Shown: one piece after another, positions 58,237 through 64,000 of the stretch
How the letters are laid out: each line of letters opens with the position of its first letter
Numbering within the stretch: the first letter of the stretch is position 1
Assembly (NCBI GenBank): GCA_963739695.1
Contig: CAVUBB010000001.1
Location: forward strand, 34,967 to 98,966
Length of the DNA: 64,000 bases
DNA from: an uncultured Pseudomonadota bacterium
GTDB taxonomy: Bacteria > Pseudomonadota > Gammaproteobacteria > Natronospirales > CAVUBB01
Direction: 5' to 3'
Notes under the pieces: generated by a model
What the model saw: the letters and a program-made list of their open reading frames with translations, nothing else
The model's database searches: none
Told to the model about the DNA's origin: nothing
Translations under genes and position numbers: made by a program

Positions 58237-58632
58237 TCAGTGATCTTCGTCGGCCAGGAACTGCGTGTAGGCGGCGGCGTCCATGAGGCCGTCCAGCGTA
58301 CCGGCATCCTCAGGGCGCAGGCGCATCAGCCAGCCTTCGCCGTAAGGGTCCTGGTTCACGTTTTCGGGGGTGTCGGCGAGGCTGTCGTTGGCCGCGGTGA
58401 CCTCGCCCGCGAGCGGGCTGTAGACATCCGATGCCGCCTTCACCGATTCGACCACGGCGCAGGCCTCTCCGGCTTCGAGGACGCGGCCGATCTCCGGCGC
58501 TTCCACGTAGACCAGGTCGCCCAGCGCTTCCTGAGCGTGATCGGTGATGCCCACGGTGACCGTGCCGTCCGCTTCGGTACGCACCCACTCGTGGCTCTTG
58601 GTGTACTTCATATGCTCAGGCACATTGCTCAT
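58237..58632 (-). CDS. gcvH: Glycine cleavage system H protein
   Basis: The blocks YTKSHEWV and the lipoyl-lysine motif [13 protein letters not shown] are present. Confidence 0.95.
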   Translation of the reverse strand: MSNVPEHMKYTKSHEWVRTEADGTVTVGITDHAQEALGDLVYVEAPEIGRVLEAGEACAVVESVKAASDVYSPLAGEVTAANDSLADTPENVNQDPYGEGWLMRLRPEDAGTLDGLMDAAAYTQFLADEDH

Positions 58633-58687
58633 CGATGCTCTCCCCAGATATGGCGCGGGCCGGGTCTCGCCGGGCCCGCGCCCGGTT

Positions 58688-59779
58688 TCAAAGTTCGATC
58701 TGCGGTGCGCCGTTGCGCACGAACACGGTCTTTACTACGCGCGCCTTCGCCATGCGGCCGCGGATGTCGACCTCGCATTCGGCGCCGGTCTGCGCCGGCA
58801 CGCGGGCCAGGGCGATGGAACGGTTGAGGGTCGGCGAGAAGGTGCCGCTGGTGACATCGCCTTCGCCGATGCCTGCCACGTGCACCTTCTGGTGGCCGCG
58901 GAGCACGCCCTTGTCTTCCAGCACCAGACCGACCAGTTTACGCCCGATGCCGCTTTCGCGCTGACGCTCCAGCGCTGCACGGCCGATGAAATCGCGCCCT
59001 TCGGGCTCCCACGCTACGGTCCAGGCCAGGCCGGATTCCAGCGGGGTGACCGATTCGTCCATGTCCGAACCGTAGAGGTTCAGGCCCGCCTCCAGGCGCA
59101 GCGTATCGCGCGCACCGAGCCCGCAGGGAGCGACCCCGGCGGCGGCGAAGGCCTGCCAGTACTCGGCGGCCTGCGCGGCGGGCAGCATGATCTCCCAGCC
59201 GTCCTCGCCGGTATAGCCGGTGCGGGCCACGAACAGATCGCCGAGTTCGGCGGCGTTGAACGGTTTGAGCGCCAGTGCTGCTTCGCGCGCCGATTCCGGC
59301 AGCGCGGTAGCGGCGCGTTCGCGTGCCTTGGGGCCCTGCACCGCGATCATGGCGACGTCCGCGCGTTCGCTGACTTCTACGCCGAATACGGTGGCCTGTT
59401 GGCGGATCCAGGCGAGATCCTTGTCGTGGGTGGCTGCATTGACGACCAGCCGGAACCAGTCATCACGCATGAAATAGACGATAAGATCGTCGATAATGCC
59501 GCCATCTTCCTGCAACATGCAGGTATAGAGCGCTTTGCCGGGGGTCTTGAGCTTGCCCACGTCGTTGGCGACGAGACGCTGGAGGAATTCGCGTACGCGC
59601 GCTCCGGTCAGGTCGACCACGGTCATGTGCGAGACGTCGAATATGCCGGCTTGTTGACGGACCTTGTGATGTTCGTCGATCTGAGAGCCGTAATGCACCG
59701 GCATATCCCAGCCGCCAAAGTCCACCATCCGCGCACCCATCGCGAGGTGGCTGTCGTAGAGCGGCGTTCTCATTCCCAT
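58688..59779 (-). CDS. gcvT: Glycine cleavage system aminomethyltransferase T
   Basis: [48 protein letters not shown] is colinear with E. coli GcvT. Confidence 0.95.
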   Translation of the reverse strand: MGMRTPLYDSHLAMGARMVDFGGWDMPVHYGSQIDEHHKVRQQAGIFDVSHMTVVDLTGARVREFLQRLVANDVGKLKTPGKALYTCMLQEDGGIIDDLIVYFMRDDWFRLVVNAATHDKDLAWIRQQATVFGVEVSERADVAMIAVQGPKARERAATALPESAREAALALKPFNAAELGDLFVARTGYTGEDGWEIMLPAAQAAEYWQAFAAAGVAPCGLGARDTLRLEAGLNLYGSDMDESVTPLESGLAWTVAWEPEGRDFIGRAALERQRESGIGRKLVGLVLEDKGVLRGHQKVHVAGIGEGDVTSGTFSPTLNRSIALARVPAQTGAECEVDIRGRMAKARVVKTVFVRNGAPQIEL

Positions 59780-59815
59780 GGCTGAAGCCCTCTGGCGCCG
59801 TACGGCGCGGCTTGG

Positions 59816-59855
59816 CGGAAAACAAAGGCGGTAGCCCCGGAGAGTGGCTTACCGC
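59816..59855 (-). promoter_or_regulatory. Terminator-like hairpin plus U-tract inside the gcvT leader (possible attenuator)
   Basis: The minus-strand RNA reads GGCGGUA-AGCCACUCUCCGGGGC-UACCGCC and is followed by UUUGUUUU. It ends about 37 nt upstream of the gcvT ATG. No upstream minus-strand gene needs terminating. Confidence 0.45.
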
Positions 59856-60175
59856 CTGTGGACAGTGCCCAGACCGGGCGCGCGATACGCTCGTCGGCAC
59901 CCCGGGGCCGGACTCGAAACGGAGTCTTTGCGCGGGCGCGCAGATGATAGCGGATTACGCGATACAGACCAACCGCCCGCCCTCGGTGTAGCGCAGCGGC
60001 GGGAGCCTGATATAGAGTGGCCCGGGGGAGGTGAATCGCCCGGCCCGGGGGAGCCCGATGGACTTCGGTCGTCATCGTGCTAGGCTTGAAAAACCACCAT
60101 ATTAAGGAAGAAGTGCGGCTGGTCCCCGGGAACGGGTGTCAGACCCACGGACAGTCACAATCACGGAGACAAGAT

Positions 60176-61812
60176 ATGTCCGCGCCGTGTCCGCGCACGC
60201 TGTTCCGCGTGCTTGCCTGTGTCGCAGCAATCTCGCTGCTTTCATTGTCTGCCGCCGCCGCCGAAGCGCCAACGCCCGGCTCGGTGCAAGATACCCTGCC
60301 GAGCGCGCCGCCTCCCAGGCCGCAGCCGGCGCCACCGCCGGTGGAGCAGAGCCCCCGCGCACAGGCGCCCGCGCCGGGCGGCAAAGCAGTGCCGGTCAAG
60401 CGCTTCGAGATCTCGGGCAATACCGTCATCTCGACGGCCGAACTCGATGGCGTGGTGAAAGCGTATATCGGCCGGGCGCTCACGCTCGCCCAGATCTATG
60501 AAGTGGCGGATGCACTGACCGACTACTACCGTTCCAAGGGCTATGGCCTGGCCGATGTCACCGTGCCCGCGCAGAAAGTCAGCGACGGCGTGGTCAAACT
60601 GGAGGTCATCGAGGGCCGCATCGGCAAGATCGAATTCCAGGGCAACGTGCGCACCCATACGCCGGTGCTGAAGCGGCAGACGCGCAATATCCAGCCGGGC
60701 GAGGTCTACCGCACACCGGACATGGAGCGCGACATGTTGCTGCTCAACGATCTTCCCGGCATGCGGGCTCGTGCTGTGGTCAAGCCCGGAGCGGAGTTCG
60801 GCACGTCGGATATCCTGATCAAGGCTCAGGAGAAGGCTGTCGATGCCAGTGTGACCGGCGACAACTACGGGCGCGATGCGATCGGTCGCGCGCGCATATC
60901 GGCGGATGTGAACGTGAACAGCCCGTTCGGCATCGGCGATCGCCTGAATCTGGGTTTCCTTCACTCGCAGGAGAATCTGCTCAACTACTACAAGGCGGCC
61001 TATGGACTGCCGGTCGGTCCGGGCCGTCTGCGCGTTTCGTTCAACCGCACCAGCTACAACGTGGGTACGGACGTATTCGCCAAACTCGACATCACCGGCG
61101 ACAACACGAACTACCGCTTGGATTACACTTACCCCGCAACGCGAAGCCAACTCGACAACACCTATTACGGTATCGCCGTCACGCATGGCGCCAGCCAGTC
61201 GCTGAGTCTCGGATCGCCGATCAGCGAGACCAACCAGAATCTGCTGGAAGTGAGCTGGTTGAAGAGCCATGTCTATACCGATAACGGGTACTACACCGCA
61301 TCGGCGGTGCTGAGCACCAACGGGCAGAGCAATGACGGCAGCGACCCGGGAGCGCAGAAAGCACGGCTGCAGTTCGACGGCACCTACATGCATCCCTTCG
61401 CCGGCCGCTGGGCCTTCCTGGGCGGATCTCGGCCGAGTATTCGCCCGACCCTCTGATCGATACGCAGAAGTTCTCGCTGGGTGGGCCGAGCAGCGTACGC
61501 GGCTATCTGCCTTCGGAAGCGCGCGGCGACCGCGGCGCGTTCCTGAGCCTGGAGCTGCGCCGTTATTTCAACATGGGCGCCTTGCCGGTCGGAGTGTCGA
61601 TCTTCGGCGACAGCGGCAAGGTCTGGACGCTAGCGGCGCTGGGCGCACCGTCTGTCTCGACTGGTCTGAGCAGCGCGGGCGCGGGCCTGATCCTCTGGCC
61701 CGGAAGCACGCTGAGCGCAAGCATCCAGTGGGCCAAACCGATCGGCAACTATGTGCCGACCGACGGCGACAACAGCTCCCGCGTGTGGGCGTCGGCCACG
61801 CTGCGTTACTGA
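60176..61812 (+). pseudogene. ShlB/FhaC/HecB-family two-partner-secretion (TpsB) outer-membrane transporter, interrupted by a frameshift
   Basis: It has a signal peptide, a Pro-rich linker, a POTRA region (VKRFEISGNTVIS ... IEGRIGKIEFQGN) and barrel strands. The frame ends at TGA 61454. The conserved C-terminus (RISAEYSPDPLIDTQKFSLGGPSSVRGYLPSEARGDRGAFLSLELR ... ATLRY) continues in the +2 frame to 61812. The frame switch is needed near GGGCGG at 61420-61425. Confidence 0.8.
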
Positions 61813-62004
61813 TATCTCGGCTCGCGCGCGTCACCCGGTTCGGGATGCCGGCAGACGTCGCCGACGGACTGCGCATACCTCCGGGTACGATGGCGCTGCG
61901 GGTCCTGCCCGGGGGCGCGCCGGGCCGCCGGGCCTTTGCCTGGCCGAGATGCTGAAACCCGGCAGACGCAACCGCGTTTGCCGTCCAATCGAGGTGATGC
62001 CGAT

Positions 62005-63816
62005 ATGATCGATACGAGTCTTCGCATGCGTCGCTGGCTGCCGGTCGGCATCGCGGCCATCGTCCTCTTTGGCACGGCCATTCCGGCATTTTCCGCATCC
62101 ATCTCATCAGCCGATGCGAGTGCGTCCCTGCACGCCCTATTCAACACGGCCTGGGCGCGGGAGATGCGCGAGAATCCGGTCGAAGCATCCTACGACGGCG
62201 TGCACACCTATGACGATCGCTGGCCCGATCTGAGCCTGAAGGCGATCGCGCGCGAGCATGCTGAAGATATGGATACGCTGAAGCAGCTTGCGCAGATTCC
62301 CCGCGACGCGCTCGACAACGAAGATCAGCTCGACTATGACCTGTTCAAATATCGTTATGAGCAGTCGGTGGCGAGCTACGGATTTCATGAATACCTGCTC
62401 GCGCTGAACCAGCTCGGCGGTATCCAGACCGAGTACATGCTTGCAAGCAGCATGCCGTTCAAGACCGAGAAGGATTACGCGAACTGGATCGCGCGCCTGC
62501 AAGGCTTTGGCACGCACATGGATCAGACGATCGCCCTGCTCGAGCAGGGTATCCAGGAAGGCATCACGCAGCCCAGGGTGGTCATGCAGCGCATCCCGCG
62601 CCAGATCGCGGCGCAGATCGTGACCGATCCCAAGGCCAGCAGCTTCTATGGTCCGTTCAAGCAGATGCCGGAGATGATCCCCGCCGCCGAGCAGGCGCGC
62701 TTGCGTGCGCTTGCGGCGAAGGCCATCGCCGAGGTCGTGGTGCCTGCGTTCACGCGCATGCAGGCTTTCTTCAACGATCGCTATCTCCCGCATTGCCGCG
62801 ATACCATCGGCGCGAGCAGCTTGCCTAACGGCAAGGCGTACTACGCCTACCGGGTGCGCGCGTCCACCACCACCGGGATGACCCCGGAACAGGTGCATCA
62901 GCTGGGTCTGCGCAAGGTGGCCGAGATCCACGCGCAGATGGAGAAGATCTTCGACCAGCTCAAGTTCAAGGGCAGCTACAAGGATTTTCTGCATTATCTG
63001 CGCACCGATCCGCGTTTCTATTACCAGAATCCGGACGACCTGCTCGAGGCGTATCGCGCGGCGGCGAAACGCGTGGATCCGCATCTGGTGCAGTTCTTCG
63101 TCACCTCCCAGTTGCCGCACGTGCCCTATGGCGTGCGCAAGATCCCCGACGCACTGGCGCCGGACACCTATCCTGCCTATTCCGTACCGCCCGCGGGGGA
63201 CGGCACTGTGGCCGGCTACATGGCGGTGAATCTCTTCAAACCGGAATCCCGCCCAAAGTACGAGATCCAGGTGCTGACCTGTCATGAAGCGCGGCCCGGA
63301 CATCAGTTGCAGATCCCGATCGCCATGGAACTGAAGGATGTCCCCCAGTTCCGCCGCTTCGATTACTACAGCGCCTTCGGCGAAGGCTGGGCACTCTATT
63401 CCGAGACCCTGTGCGACGAGATGGGGCTGTACGACGACCCCTACTCGCGCTTCGGCTATCTGGACTACCAGATGTGGCGGGCAGTGCGTCTGGTCGTGGA
63501 TACCGGTATCCATGCCTTCGGCTGGTCGCGCGCACGCGCGGTGAAGTACTTCGAGGACAACACGGCGCTGAGCGAGCAGAACATCAATACCGAAGTCGAC
63601 CGCTACATCGCCTGGCCGGGCCAGTCGCTGTCCTACATGGTGGGCGAGGTGCGCATCCAGAAGCTGCGCCACGAGGCAGAGCAGCGCCTGGGAACGCGCT
63701 TCGACATCCGCGCTTTCGACAGTCTGGTCCTGAAAAATGGCGCCATCCCTCTGGACCTTCTGAGCCGGGTGGTGGAGCGCTGGATCGGGGCCGAGGAGGC
63801 CCAGGCCGCGCACTGA
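62005..63816 (+). CDS. DUF885-family protein (putative secreted metallopeptidase-like)
   Basis: It has a signal peptide (RRWLPVGIAAIVLFGTAIPAFSA). The DUF885-type blocks are present, including the HEXXH-like CHEARPGHQLQ and the ending RYIAWPGQSLSYMVG. The start is ATG 62005, preceded by GAGGTG. Confidence 0.8.
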   Translation: MIDTSLRMRRWLPVGIAAIVLFGTAIPAFSASISSADASASLHALFNTAWAREMRENPVEASYDGVHTYDDRWPDLSLKAIAREHAEDMDTLKQLAQIPRDALDNEDQLDYDLFKYRYEQSVASYGFHEYLLALNQLGGIQTEYMLASSMPFKTEKDYANWIARLQGFGTHMDQTIALLEQGIQEGITQPRVVMQRIPRQIAAQIVTDPKASSFYGPFKQMPEMIPAAEQARLRALAAKAIAEVVVPAFTRMQAFFNDRYLPHCRDTIGASSLPNGKAYYAYRVRASTTTGMTPEQVHQLGLRKVAEIHAQMEKIFDQLKFKGSYKDFLHYLRTDPRFYYQNPDDLLEAYRAAAKRVDPHLVQFFVTSQLPHVPYGVRKIPDALAPDTYPAYSVPPAGDGTVAGYMAVNLFKPESRPKYEIQVLTCHEARPGHQLQIPIAMELKDVPQFRRFDYYSAFGEGWALYSETLCDEMGLYDDPYSRFGYLDYQMWRAVRLVVDTGIHAFGWSRARAVKYFEDNTALSEQNINTEVDRYIAWPGQSLSYMVGEVRIQKLRHEAEQRLGTRFDIRAFDSLVLKNGAIPLDLLSRVVERWIGAEEAQAAH

Positions 63817-63904
63817 GTGCGCTTGGGGGCTTTGGCGCCGACGCGGTATCATTGACGCCGCGCCCGGCCGGGCGCGGCTTTCTTTTGCAGGCACCGGATA
63901 CGCC

Positions 63905-64000
63905 ATGAGTCAGATCGAATCTCCCGCGAAGCGCCGCACCACGACCGCTGTGGATGTTGCCGGCGTGGTCATCGGCAGTGCCGCACCCATCGTGGTGCAG
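63905..64000 (+). CDS. ispG: 4-hydroxy-3-methylbut-2-en-1-yl diphosphate synthase, N-terminal 32 codons (continues beyond the window)
   Basis: RRTTTAVDVAGVVIGSAAPIVVQ aligns with E. coli IspG ([23 protein letters not shown]). Confidence 0.75.
   Translation, partial: MSQIESPAKRRTTTAVDVAGVVIGSAAPIVVQ

Noticed and set aside
59780-59990. Canonical tandem glycine riboswitch upstream of gcvT
   Set aside because: I looked for it because gcvT is its classic target. Neither strand contains the conserved GGAGAG...GCCGAAGG(A/G)GCAA...CUCAGGCAAAAGGAC blocks in the right order. The GGAGAG present is on the wrong (plus) strand. I kept only an 'unclassified structured leader' finding.

Overview
This is a 64-kb segment of a GC-rich, gammaproteobacterial-type chromosome. 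The assignment rests on core synteny: ygfB-pepP-ubiH-ubiI divergent from zapA-ssrS-fau, plus lgt-thyA-folA, rplM-rpsI-tRNA-Gln, rpe-gph and gcvT-H-P. I call about 65 protein-coding genes (two cut by the window edges), one tRNA-Gln(CUG), one 6S RNA, one frameshifted gene and several terminators and repeats. I saw no rRNA, CRISPR array, transposase or integrase. Most of the window is ordinary housekeeping DNA. Many long ORFs in the track are antisense artefacts of the high G+C content, for example the 1154-aa ORF at 40756..44220. The unusual parts are: (1) a visibly lower-GC insert at about 3.2-8.5 kb with a tightly packed vsr / C5-cytosine methyltransferase / Eco29kI-like GIY-YIG restriction endonuclease operon, followed by four uncharacterised genes and short hairpin repeat modules; (2) a candidate c-di-GMP-I (GEMM-I) riboswitch in the leader of a secreted subtilisin-like protease; (3) two family-less genes at 11.6-13.1 kb with atypical codon endings; (4) a translationally coupled GNAT-papain-like peptidase fusion plus a RimK-like ATP-grasp ligase; (5) a 54-bp duplication of the tRNA-Gln 3' end plus its terminator, which looks like an integration or excision scar; (6) an orphan, frameshifted TpsB (ShlB/FhaC) transporter gene; (7) a glycine-cleavage operon with tpx between the two P-protein subunit genes and a terminator-like leader that does not match the canonical glycine riboswitch. 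I did not find a clear-cut new multi-gene system. The best candidates are listed as hypotheses with explicit tests.
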